Translations under genes and position numbers: made by a program
Shown here: positions 9,246-18,002 of the stretch, piece after piece
How positions within the stretch are numbered: position 1 is the stretch's first letter
Layout of the letters: every line of letters begins with the position of its first letter
Notes under the pieces: model-generated
What the model was told of the DNA's origin: nothing
Seen by the model: only the letters and a program-made list of their open reading frames with translations
Databases searched by the model: none
Source: a bacterium
GTDB lineage: Bacteria > SAR324 > XYD2-FULL-50-16
DNA length: 64,000 nucleotides
Direction: 5' to 3'
NCBI GenBank assembly: GCA_032250835.1
Contig: JAVVEA010000008.1
Coordinates: 1 to 64,000 of the forward strand

Positions 9246-9994
9246 TTGGGCAAGGACGCCCAAAGTGTGGGTAATCCGCACAAAGTTTACCGGAATGGAT
9301 TCCGGCTGGACCATAGGTCCCCCAATAGCGGGCAGGGTTGCTCGGTATGGGACGCTGACAAAGAAACCGGAATGGATTCCCGGACCCTTATAACAGGGGT
9401 CCAATCGAAATTTGGGCACGGAAGCCCAAAGACCGCCTAGCGGTCATAGAACTTTCAGCGGCATGGACGCCGTTTTTAGCGGAGCCATCCGCAGGCTTTT
9501 ATCGGTGCGCATGGAAGCACGCTGATTTCGGCGACCCTTCGGGGAAGCCAACTATCGGGTACGACCCGAGATCACCTACTATGGGCTTGGAAGCCCAGAG
9601 CCTTTTATTAGTCGGCATGGAAGCCGATAGATTGTGTGGCGGACATGGATGCCCGCAAGACGATCTCCCCGCCAGGAGGCAGGGAAGCCCCAGTCCGAGG
9701 CAAGGAAGCCTCGGTCAGGCATTCGAAGGACCCAGGGAGCACGGATGCGCCCTCCTTCTCCTTCCGGCATGACCGGAAACAACATGGCCCAACGGAATTA
9801 ATTCCGGTGGGTTTGAAGAACCCTAGGCCGATTAACGGGGGCCTAGAGGGCCGGACGCCAAGGCGTCCAAACCATTGGGGCCCCGCTCGATACGAGCGGC
9901 CTCTGGGGCCGAAGGGTTTTAAAAACCCATAAAGGGCCATATTTTAAATCAATCCGTACCAAGGATGGGCGGAGGTAACAACAAGGAGGTTACC
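9246..9994 (+). ncRNA. CsrB/RsmZ-like array of ~14 ANGGAN-loop hairpins contiguous with the flagellin 4 RBS (5' leader or sRNA)
   Basis: GGA-loop hairpins at 9246, 9290, 9367, 9411, 9458, 9501, 9582, 9611, 9639, 9675, 9695, 9735, 9954 and SD hairpin ggtaac-aacAAGGAg-gttacc 9974-9994; all on the flagellin sense strand. Confidence 0.75.
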
Positions 9995-11449
9995 ATGTCT
10001 CTTCGAATCAACCACAACACTGCTGCGATCAATGCACACCGCAATTTGCAGATCAACGACTCCCAAATGGGCAAAACGCTGGAAAAACTTTCTAGTGGTT
10101 TGAAAATCAACCGGGCCGCTGACGGACCGGCTGCTTTGGTCATCAGTGAGCAGATGCGCGGTCAGATCGCCGGTTTGACTCAGGCTATCGACAACTCGGA
10201 AAACGCCGTCAGCATGATCCAAACGACGGAATCTAACTTGAGCGAAGTTAGTAACATGCTGGTTTCGATCCGCCAGTTGGCAATCCACGCCTCCAACGAA
10301 GGCGTCAACAACGAAGAGATGCTTCAGGCCGACCAGCTGGAGATCGAGAACGCCGTCGAGACCATCAACCGGATCTCTAAGCAAGCCCAGTTCGGCAAGC
10401 GCAAGTTGCTGGACGGCACCAACGGTGCCTTGGGTAGCGTAACCGGCGAGAACCTTGAATTTGTCGGTGCCGGTCTGAAAACTTTGGATTCTTCAAAGAG
10501 CGGCTTTGAGGTTAAAATCAACCAAAACGCTTCGAAGGCCAATGCCCAAGGCACGGTTGCCTTAAGTGAAGAAGTGATCCAAGGCGGTGAGACCTTGATG
10601 GTCATCGAAAACGGCAAGACCGCAAAGTACACCACTCAAGCGGACGATACCGCCGACATCGCCATCAAGAACTTGGCCAGCGAGATCGAGCGCAACGGCT
10701 TGGACGTTAAGGTAACCCTAGAAAATGGGGCCGTTAAGGTAACCCACGACAAGTTTGGCTCGGACCATAGCTTCCAGGTTTCTTCGACTACCGCCGGGGT
10801 CCTTTCTAAGGAAGCCGGTCAGATCGAAGTGGCCAACAAAGGCTTGGATATCAAGGGTACCATCAACGGCGAATCGGCCATTGGTAAGGGCCAGGTGTTG
10901 ACGGGCATCGAAGGTGCCCAGAGCGTGGACGGTTTGTCGGTTCGCTTCACCGGTATGGCCGGGACCGATGGGGAAATCCCCGAAGGTGGCGCAGCCGTTG
11001 GTCGGGCTTATATCAGCCAGAACAGCCTGAACTTCCAGGTGGGCGGCAACTATGGCCAGACCGCCGGGATCAGCATCGGCAGCACCCACTCGCGCCAATT
11101 GGCTAACAACGTAGTCAACGAGTCGGGCTTTAAGAGCATTGAAGACTTGGACGTGACTAGTTTCCAAGGGGCTCAGGACACCCTGCGCTTGGTGGACGAA
11201 GCGATCACTCAGATTGCTCGGACCCGTGGCGACATCGGTGCCTTCCAGAAAAATACCCTGGAAAGCAACCTGAACAACTTGCGGGTGGCGAACGAAAACT
11301 TGATCAGTAGTGAGTCGGTGATCCGCGACACGGACATGGCTGCCGAAATGGCCAGCTTCACCCGTAACCAGATCATGTCTCAGTCCGCTACGGCCATGTT
11401 GGCTCAGGCGAACCAAACCCCGAACCAAGTGCTTCGTTTGCTTCAGTAA
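9995..11449 (+). CDS. fliC: Flagellin (paralog 4)
   Basis: Start reassigned to the ATG at 9995 (MSLRINHN) after AAGGAGGT; conserved termini. Confidence 0.95.
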   Translation: MSLRINHNTAAINAHRNLQINDSQMGKTLEKLSSGLKINRAADGPAALVISEQMRGQIAGLTQAIDNSENAVSMIQTTESNLSEVSNMLVSIRQLAIHASNEGVNNEEMLQADQLEIENAVETINRISKQAQFGKRKLLDGTNGALGSVTGENLEFVGAGLKTLDSSKSGFEVKINQNASKANAQGTVALSEEVIQGGETLMVIENGKTAKYTTQADDTADIAIKNLASEIERNGLDVKVTLENGAVKVTHDKFGSDHSFQVSSTTAGVLSKEAGQIEVANKGLDIKGTINGESAIGKGQVLTGIEGAQSVDGLSVRFTGMAGTDGEIPEGGAAVGRAYISQNSLNFQVGGNYGQTAGISIGSTHSRQLANNVVNESGFKSIEDLDVTSFQGAQDTLRLVDEAITQIARTRGDIGAFQKNTLESNLNNLRVANENLISSESVIRDTDMAAEMASFTRNQIMSQSATAMLAQANQTPNQVLRLLQ

Positions 11450-11467
11450 GCCTTAGCTTAGAAACAC

Positions 11468-11536
11468 GGAGGCGGGCGAGGCCCGCCTCCTAGACGACTC
11501 AAGGACGAGCCGTCGAACTTGACCAAGGAGGTTGAG
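11468..11536 (+). promoter_or_regulatory. Intergenic hairpin followed by two GGA-loop hairpins, the second enclosing the flagellin 5 SD
   Basis: ggaggcgggc-gag-gcccgcctcc 11468-11490; gacgactc-AAGGAC-gagccgtc 11493-11514; cttgacc-AAGGA-ggttgag 11518-11536. Confidence 0.65.
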
Positions 11537-12988
11537 ATGTCTTTACGAATCAATCATAACGTAGCGGCGCTCAACTCACACAGAAACCTACTCAACAACG
11601 ATCGGTCCCTTAACCGGACCTTAGAACGTCTCTCGAGTGGGTTGAAGGTGAATCGAGGTGCCGATGGACCGGCGACTTTAGTGATCAGCGAGCAAATGCG
11701 CGCCCAGATTGCCGGCCTAACCCAAGCGATCGATAACTCGGAAAGCGCCATCTCGATGGCGCAGACCAGCGAAGCGAACCTAGGCGAAATCAACCGCCTG
11801 CTGACTTCCATGAGGCAACTTGCCGTGCACGCCGCCAACGAAGGCGTTAACGACACGGGCATGTTGCAGGCAGACCAGCGGGAATTAGAAAACGCCCTGG
11901 CGAGCATCGACCGCATCACTGCCCAGGCCCAGTTTGGTGAGCGCAAGCTGCTAGACGGGAGCAATGGGATTCAAGGGTACACTACCGGAGATAAACTGCA
12001 ATTCATTGAGTCGGGACTAAACTCCAAGGACTCTAGCGAAGCAGGTTACTCCGTGGTGGTGACCCAATCAGCTGAGCGCGCGAGCCGCACCGGTAGCCAA
12101 GCGCTAAGCGCCGACTTGATCGCCCAGGGCGAAGAGTTGATGCTGATCCAAGGCGGCCAATCGGCTCGGTACGTGACCCAATCAGACGACAGCCTAGATC
12201 AGGTGGTCGCCAAACTGCAATCCGAGGTGGACCGCAACGGAATGCAACTGGAAATAAGGGTCAGCGAAGCGGGTATGTTGAGCGTTACTCATAAGGAATA
12301 TGGCTCTGCGCCGGACTTCCAGGTCTTCTCTAAAACGGCGGGAGTGCTTTCGGCCGAAGCCGGAGCGATTGAAACGGTCCAAAATGGTCGGGACGTAAAA
12401 GGTACCCTCAACGGCCAGTCTGCCGTTGGCGAAGGCCTTTACTTGACCGGTATGGAGGGAGCTAAAGAGGTTGATGGCCTGAAGGTGAAAATCCAAGGCC
12501 AACTCGACCAAGAAATCCCTGATGGAGGAGTCGAAGTGGGACGGGTGTTCCTGTCCCAAAATGCCTTAAAGTTTCAGGTTGGTGGTAACTACGGTCAGAC
12601 CGTAAGCATGAACCTGAAAGACGTGTCCACCCGCCAATTAGGGAAGGGCATTCAGAACGAGAGTGGATTTAGGTCTTTGGCCGACTTAGATGTGCAATCG
12701 TTTCAAGGAGCGCAAGACGCCATGCAGTTGATTGATCAAGCGATCACCGAGGTGAGTAGCGTCCGCGGCGAGTTGGGGGCTTTCCAGAAGAATACCCTGG
12801 AATCCAACCTAAACAACCTGCGGGTAGCCAACGAAAACTTGGTGGCCTCTGAATCGGTCTTGCGTGATACGGACATGGCCAGTGAAATGGCCCAGTTCAC
12901 GAGAGGGCAAATCATGAGCGAATCCGCCATGGCCATGTTGGCGCAAGCCAACCAGGTGCCCGAAAACGTCTTGACGCTGCTCAGTTAA
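11537..12988 (+). CDS. fliC: Flagellin (paralog 5)
   Basis: Start reassigned to the ATG at 11537 (MSLRINHN) after AAGGAGGT; conserved termini. Confidence 0.95.
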   Translation: MSLRINHNVAALNSHRNLLNNDRSLNRTLERLSSGLKVNRGADGPATLVISEQMRAQIAGLTQAIDNSESAISMAQTSEANLGEINRLLTSMRQLAVHAANEGVNDTGMLQADQRELENALASIDRITAQAQFGERKLLDGSNGIQGYTTGDKLQFIESGLNSKDSSEAGYSVVVTQSAERASRTGSQALSADLIAQGEELMLIQGGQSARYVTQSDDSLDQVVAKLQSEVDRNGMQLEIRVSEAGMLSVTHKEYGSAPDFQVFSKTAGVLSAEAGAIETVQNGRDVKGTLNGQSAVGEGLYLTGMEGAKEVDGLKVKIQGQLDQEIPDGGVEVGRVFLSQNALKFQVGGNYGQTVSMNLKDVSTRQLGKGIQNESGFRSLADLDVQSFQGAQDAMQLIDQAITEVSSVRGELGAFQKNTLESNLNNLRVANENLVASESVLRDTDMASEMAQFTRGQIMSESAMAMLAQANQVPENVLTLLS

Positions 12989-13128
12989 CCTACTCGGTTA
13001 ACCCAAGCCGCTCCTCGCTGGTGAGGTCCTTCGGGACCTTGCCAGCGAGGTCCTTGGCGTTCTCTTAAGGGAGTCCATTCTGCTCCAAAGGCTCGCGCGC
13101 GCCCCCCCCTTTAAAAAAATAAGAGCCA

Positions 13129-13506
13129 ACCTAGCCTTTTCAAGGCCCATCCCCCGCCCGCTCAACTTGAGACCCTTAGACCGCCTGGGCTTGTTTGGCT
13201 TGGCCTGCCCTTGGGCGAACGCCCGCACCGGCCCCACTCACCCTAAGCCTTTGCTAGCACCGGACTCAGCGCACCGAAAGGGCTAGAACTGAGGAGCTGT
13301 TTGGAGCTTTCAACTTCGTGGTTTTAGGCGCTCTCGGCTGGTTTAGATTCCACTTTAAACCGCTCGCTCGCAAAGCGCTGACCTAGCCTTTTCAAGGCCC
13401 ATCCCCCACCCGCTCAACTTGAGATCCTTAGACCGCCTGGGCTTGTTTGGCTTGGCCTGCCCTTGGGCGAACGCCCGCACCGGCCCCACTCACCCTAAGC
13501 CTTTGC
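13129..13506. repeat. 126-bp direct repeat (13129-13254 and 13381-13506)
   Basis: acctagccttttcaagg...ccctaagcctttgc occurs twice with 2 mismatches, separated by 126 unrelated bp. Confidence 0.9.
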
Positions 13507-13587
13507 CGTTGGTGCGGGTATGGCGGAGTTCCGCTCTTTAGGACTTTGGGAGCAAAATCAGGAGGGCTTAGATCCTGCGGGGGCGGC

Positions 13588-14472
13588 TTAGGGGGATTGG
13601 TTTTCGAGGTCCTGGGCATAGTCATGGTGGGACAAAAATTCTGCTTTAAAAAGCTCGCCTAAAAAGAGCCGATCTACTGATTCAAAGGCCGCGTCCCGGA
13701 GGGCGGCTTCAGGGTAGATACCAAACACACAAGAGCCGGACCCACTGAGCAAGACCGCCGGGGCCCCGGTTTTCTGTAAAACCAGCTCAATCTGTTTTAA
13801 GGCCGGATACTTGGCTTTTAGGGGCTCAAAAAAATCATTGCCCTGGGGCTGAAGCTGTTTGATCAAGGAAGGTGGGTAAGGCCCAGGCGGGAGCTTGCGG
13901 GCCGAGTGCTGGGCCAACTGATAGGCCTCTTTGGTGGAGATGCTTAAGTCCGGCTTGACCAGCAACAAAGACCAATCCCCTTGGATTTCCAAAGCGCAAA
14001 ATTGTTCGCCAATACCGCGCGCCTGTTGGGGCCTGGGGTCTAAGAAAAAGGGGACATCTGCGCCCAAGCTACGGGCAATCTCAAAGAGCCTTTGGGGCGG
14101 GATCTTGAGGTTTAAAAGTTGGTTGAGGGCTACCAGAGCCCCGGCGGCGTTGCCGCTACCTCCGCCTAGGCCCGCTCCGTGCGGGATCTGTTTGGTCAGC
14201 TTGACGGCCATCTGGAATCGGGCCGATACCTCGTCCTCCAGGGCCTTGATGGCGCGGACCACCAGGTTGTGCTGGGGTTCGCAAAGCTCGGGCTCGCTTA
14301 AGAACCAAAGCCCCTCTTGCTCAAAGGGCAGGAATTCGAGGGTATCATAGAGGGAAATGGGGATCAGGTCCAGTTCCAGCTCATGGTACCCGTCGGGTCG
14401 CCGGTGTTGGACGTAGAGGTGTAGATTGACCTTCGCCGGGGTGCGGATAACCCCGGCGCGTTCCAACTTCAT
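13588..14472 (-). CDS. ispE: 4-diphosphocytidyl-2-C-methyl-D-erythritol kinase
   Basis: PAKVNL, KQIPHGAGLGGGSGNAA, LGADVPFF and LSGSGSCVF GHMP-kinase motifs. Confidence 0.95.
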   Translation of the reverse strand: MKLERAGVIRTPAKVNLHLYVQHRRPDGYHELELDLIPISLYDTLEFLPFEQEGLWFLSEPELCEPQHNLVVRAIKALEDEVSARFQMAVKLTKQIPHGAGLGGGSGNAAGALVALNQLLNLKIPPQRLFEIARSLGADVPFFLDPRPQQARGIGEQFCALEIQGDWSLLLVKPDLSISTKEAYQLAQHSARKLPPGPYPPSLIKQLQPQGNDFFEPLKAKYPALKQIELVLQKTGAPAVLLSGSGSCVFGIYPEAALRDAAFESVDRLFLGELFKAEFLSHHDYAQDLENQSP

Positions 14473-15468
14473 CTATTTTTCCTTCAAATACTTTTCGATC
14501 ACCGCCACGATTTGCTCTTTCGGTAAAGCGCCCGAAAAGACTTCCCCTTGGATGCTCTTGCTCTGGGCGTCGTATCGCCCGACTAAAAAGCTGGGGGTGC
14601 CGCGGATGCCGATGCTGGCAGCTTGTTGCAGGTCGTGGTTGACTCGCTCACGGTAGGTTTCCTTTTCAAGGCACTGGCCGAACTTAGCCTTGTCGGCCAC
14701 GCCCACCATAGCGGCGAAGCGTATTAGGTCGTCAGGTTTTTGGTTTTGTTGGTTTTCGAAAAGCGTAGCATGGTAGGCTTCAAACTTACCTTGGTCTCTG
14801 GCGCATTCAACGGCAATGGCCGCTTCGTCCGCTTCGTTGTGGAACTGCAAGGGGAAGTGGCGGTAGCCAAACAATACCTTTTTGCTGAATTGCTTGCGTA
14901 AATCGGACATGGTCCCTTGGACGCGACTACAGAAGGGGCACTGGTAGTCTGAAAATTCCAACAGCATCACCTTGGCTTGCTCGTTGCCCCACAGATAGGC
15001 AGTTTCCACCGGGAGTTTGACCTGGATCACCTCGGGCTGATGGGGGAAAAACTGAAGCTTTTTTAGCTTGAGGGCGCGGGCATAAAGCGCTTCGTAGTGT
15101 TCGGCAGCGGCGCGGCCCATTAGGTATTGAGTGATCTGGCCTTTGAGCTCTTCAAAGCTACCTCGGCTAGAGAGTCCGTTTTTATCGTAAAAGGCCTTCA
15201 CCTCCTTTTCGGAGATCTTTAAGGCCGGGCGGGCCTGGAAATCTTTGTCGCTTTTAGAAAGCTCCTGCAAGGCCTTTTGTTTGAACTTTTGCTCAATCGC
15301 TTCATACAACTGTACCCGCAGCTCATTGAGTTCCTTGTCTTCAATCTCGCTCAAGCGGACCACAGAACCATTGATTTTACCGACAATCGGGTCCTTTTGG
15401 TCCAGTAAGGGATCGGCCCAAAGCGTAAAGGGCAAAAGAAGGGCCAGGGTCAGCGCAAAAAATTTCAT
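14473..15468 (-). CDS. Exported DsbA-family thioredoxin-fold protein
   Basis: Signal peptide; EFSDYQCPFC, RHFPL and GIRGTPSF motifs. Confidence 0.85.
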   Translation of the reverse strand: MKFFALTLALLLPFTLWADPLLDQKDPIVGKINGSVVRLSEIEDKELNELRVQLYEAIEQKFKQKALQELSKSDKDFQARPALKISEKEVKAFYDKNGLSSRGSFEELKGQITQYLMGRAAAEHYEALYARALKLKKLQFFPHQPEVIQVKLPVETAYLWGNEQAKVMLLEFSDYQCPFCSRVQGTMSDLRKQFSKKVLFGYRHFPLQFHNEADEAAIAVECARDQGKFEAYHATLFENQQNQKPDDLIRFAAMVGVADKAKFGQCLEKETYRERVNHDLQQAASIGIRGTPSFLVGRYDAQSKSIQGEVFSGALPKEQIVAVIEKYLKEK

Positions 15469-16865
15469 TAAGTGTCCTCTTGGTGGTCATCAATTCGCTC
15501 TACTGCGCCGTCGAAAAAGGCATCGACACAGATCGGGCAGAGTTGCGTTCCGCGCACTTCGCGGATGATCTCATAGGCCTTTTCTTGCTGAAAACCCTTG
15601 CGGTAGGGGCGGTCAGAGGTGAGGGCGTCAAAACAATCGGCGACGCCGCAGATACGGGCCAACAAGGGGATTTCGTCGCCCTTGAGCCCATTAGGGTAGC
15701 CGAGGCCATCGGGTCGTTCGTGGTGGTATAACACCACGTCGATCATCGGGCCTAAGCTGGCAATGGGTTTTAAGATGTCGGCTCCAATCGAGGGGTGCCA
15801 GCGGAATTGGGAAATTTCCTCGTCCGTTAGCTTTCCGGGCTTGAGCAATAGTGAGTCGGGGACGCCGATCTTACCCACGTCGTGCAGTTTTCCGCCGATG
15901 CGTAGCGTATCGATCTCTTCTTCGCTTAAGCCCATATGCTCGGCAATGGAAACCGAATAGGCGGCGACTCGCTTGGAGTGCCCGCTGGTGTATTTGTCGC
16001 GGGCTTCTAAGGCTTGGATCAGGCTGGTGATGGTCGAGAGCATGCTGGTGCGCTCTAATTCCAGCCGCTCGCGTTCTTTAAGCAGCAAACGGAATTGCTC
16101 CGAGAGCAACCGTTCGACGGTCATGATGAATTGGTCGATGTTAAAGGGCTTGACCATATATGAGGCCGCGCCTTTGTGGACCAACTCGCGCATGATGCTC
16201 TTTTCGGAGTTGGCGCTCATGATCATGAAGGGGATCTGAGACCAAGTCGGTGAGCGCAGGACCTGGGTCAAAAATTCCTGCCCATTCATGACCGGCATGT
16301 CCAGGTCGCTGACGATGATGTCCGGTTGGTGCTGCGCTAAAAGGTCTAAGGCTTCCGCGCCGTTTTTAGCGGTCAAGACGTTAAATCCCGCCTTGGCCAG
16401 ACCGGTTTCGACTAGTTTGAGCATCGTCAAGGAGTCATCAACCACCAAGACCAAGCTTTCGCGCTGGCGCTGGACCCTAGCGAAGACCTCTTCGATGTTC
16501 TTGAGTAGCTCCTCGTCGTCAACACTTTTGGAGAGGTAGGTAGTGGCTCCGGCCTGATAGCCCCGTTCCAAGTCGGCGGTGCTGTCTAACATGGAAAGCA
16601 GAATGATCGGCAGTTGCCGGGTGGCCGGGTCGTTTTTTAGCCGTTGGGCTAAGGCCAACCCGTCCATTTCGGGCATGTCTACATCAGAGATGATCAAATC
16701 CACCGGGTTCGCTTGCAGCTTGCTGATGGCCTCTTGCCCATCTGCGGCCTCAAAGACCTCGGCACCGAATTTACGCAGCCGCAAGACCAAAATCTTGCGT
16801 AGCGCCGCGCTGTCATCGACCAGCAGGACCCGCTTATTGTGCAATACCGAAAGGTGGTTGTTCAT
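15468..16865 (-). CDS. REC-REC-HD-GYP response regulator (c-di-GMP phosphodiesterase)
   Basis: Two receiver domains (ISDVDMP, VSDLDMP); HDVGK and HHERPDGLGYP. Confidence 0.9.
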   Translation of the reverse strand: MNNHLSVLHNKRVLLVDDSAALRKILVLRLRKFGAEVFEAADGQEAISKLQANPVDLIISDVDMPEMDGLALAQRLKNDPATRQLPIILLSMLDSTADLERGYQAGATTYLSKSVDDEELLKNIEEVFARVQRQRESLVLVVDDSLTMLKLVETGLAKAGFNVLTAKNGAEALDLLAQHQPDIIVSDLDMPVMNGQEFLTQVLRSPTWSQIPFMIMSANSEKSIMRELVHKGAASYMVKPFNIDQFIMTVERLLSEQFRLLLKERERLELERTSMLSTITSLIQALEARDKYTSGHSKRVAAYSVSIAEHMGLSEEEIDTLRIGGKLHDVGKIGVPDSLLLKPGKLTDEEISQFRWHPSIGADILKPIASLGPMIDVVLYHHERPDGLGYPNGLKGDEIPLLARICGVADCFDALTSDRPYRKGFQQEKAYEIIREVRGTQLCPICVDAFFDGAVERIDDHQEDT

Positions 16866-16876
16866 TTCTGGTTTTT

Positions 16877-17878
16877 TTATGCGCTCGCCAATTGCTTCGT
16901 CACGCCGGTACAGACTTCGGTACCAAAGCGTTCCTTGGCTAAGTCACTACCGAAGAAGCGCGATAAGGACTGACCCAAAAGGGTCATGTCTTCTTCGGTC
17001 GGGTTCATGTTGCGTTGGAACCATCCCTGGAAGTTGTTCACCTTCGAGGCGCTCACTTCGTCTAGCTCCTGCCAGCCTTTCTCGCTTGCATAGTCTTCGA
17101 ATAGAGCGGTCAGGTCGTCGACCAAGCGCTCCTGCTGGTCTGATTCTAAACCGGTCGTTTCGGACCAGCTTTCGATCTCGTCTAGCAGCGAAGCGAAGGC
17201 CTCGGCACCCAACTGGATCTCCATGCCGTCGTCGTCTTCTTCGCCTGCTTCGGCAGCCATGGCGGCCAGTGCGCCGGGCGGCAAGTCCATCTGGGGGCCC
17301 TGAGTTTGGGCTTGGCTGATGGTTCCTTGGGCCTCTTCTTGTTCTTTCGCCTTGGCCTCGAGGTATTCTTCGTGCTCGTCGTCGTAGGCGCGCAGTTGGA
17401 GCTGTAATTGGGTAAAGTCTAGCTCGGCCCCAGCGGCAAGGGCCTTGGAGTTCATGAAGACCGAAACAATCAATTGGTTCATGCAAGAAGGGCTAGCCTC
17501 TTGGGACATGAAGTAGATCATCGCCTGGGTCATCATGTTTTTGTCGGCTTTGCCTTCTTTAGCGAAGCGGACGTCCATCTTGGCCAGGGCGGCATTGAAC
17601 TGTTCTAACCAAGCGGCATCGGCCAGGGCGTCGATCTTTTCGGGCTCGATTCCTGGGGCCGCTTCGAGGGCCGCCGGGGGGAAGGCCAATTGGGCTAATT
17701 CAGGCTCAAAAGCAAGGCTGGGCAGGAGCTTGAGGTTTTTCTTTACCTTGCTCATGGACATTTGCTTTTGCGGGGCCTTTTGGGCGGCGACCTTTTTTTT
17801 GATCAGTTTGCGCTTGTTCGCCTTGTTCTGTTGGCGTTTGGCGATGTTCTGTTTTGGTTGTTTCTTTTTCTTGGCCAT
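16877..17878 (-). CDS. Hypothetical protein with a Lys-rich N-terminus and acidic linker
   Basis: Long ORF in operon-like spacing; probable start MAKKKKQ at 17878. Confidence 0.75.
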   Translation of the reverse strand: MAKKKKQPKQNIAKRQQNKANKRKLIKKKVAAQKAPQKQMSMSKVKKNLKLLPSLAFEPELAQLAFPPAALEAAPGIEPEKIDALADAAWLEQFNAALAKMDVRFAKEGKADKNMMTQAMIYFMSQEASPSCMNQLIVSVFMNSKALAAGAELDFTQLQLQLRAYDDEHEEYLEAKAKEQEEAQGTISQAQTQGPQMDLPPGALAAMAAEAGEEDDDGMEIQLGAEAFASLLDEIESWSETTGLESDQQERLVDDLTALFEDYASEKGWQELDEVSASKVNNFQGWFQRNMNPTEEDMTLLGQSLSRFFGSDLAKERFGTEVCTGVTKQLASA

Positions 17879-18002
17879 GGTCGTTCGGTTGCGGTGGGTT
17901 GGGGGTTTATGGAGGAATGAGGGTGGGGGGCTGGGCAAGGCTCCCCTAAAAGGTTAATCTACCATTCAAACCCCGTCTGCTCAGTCTAGCGAAAGGACGG
18001 GC

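Noticed and set aside
3090-12951. Many minus-strand ORFs over the flagellins
   Set aside because: Antisense shadows of well-supported flagellin genes.
12989-13587. tRNA-Gln, often found downstream of ispE
   Set aside because: No T-loop GTTCGA motif or cloverleaf recognised on either strand.
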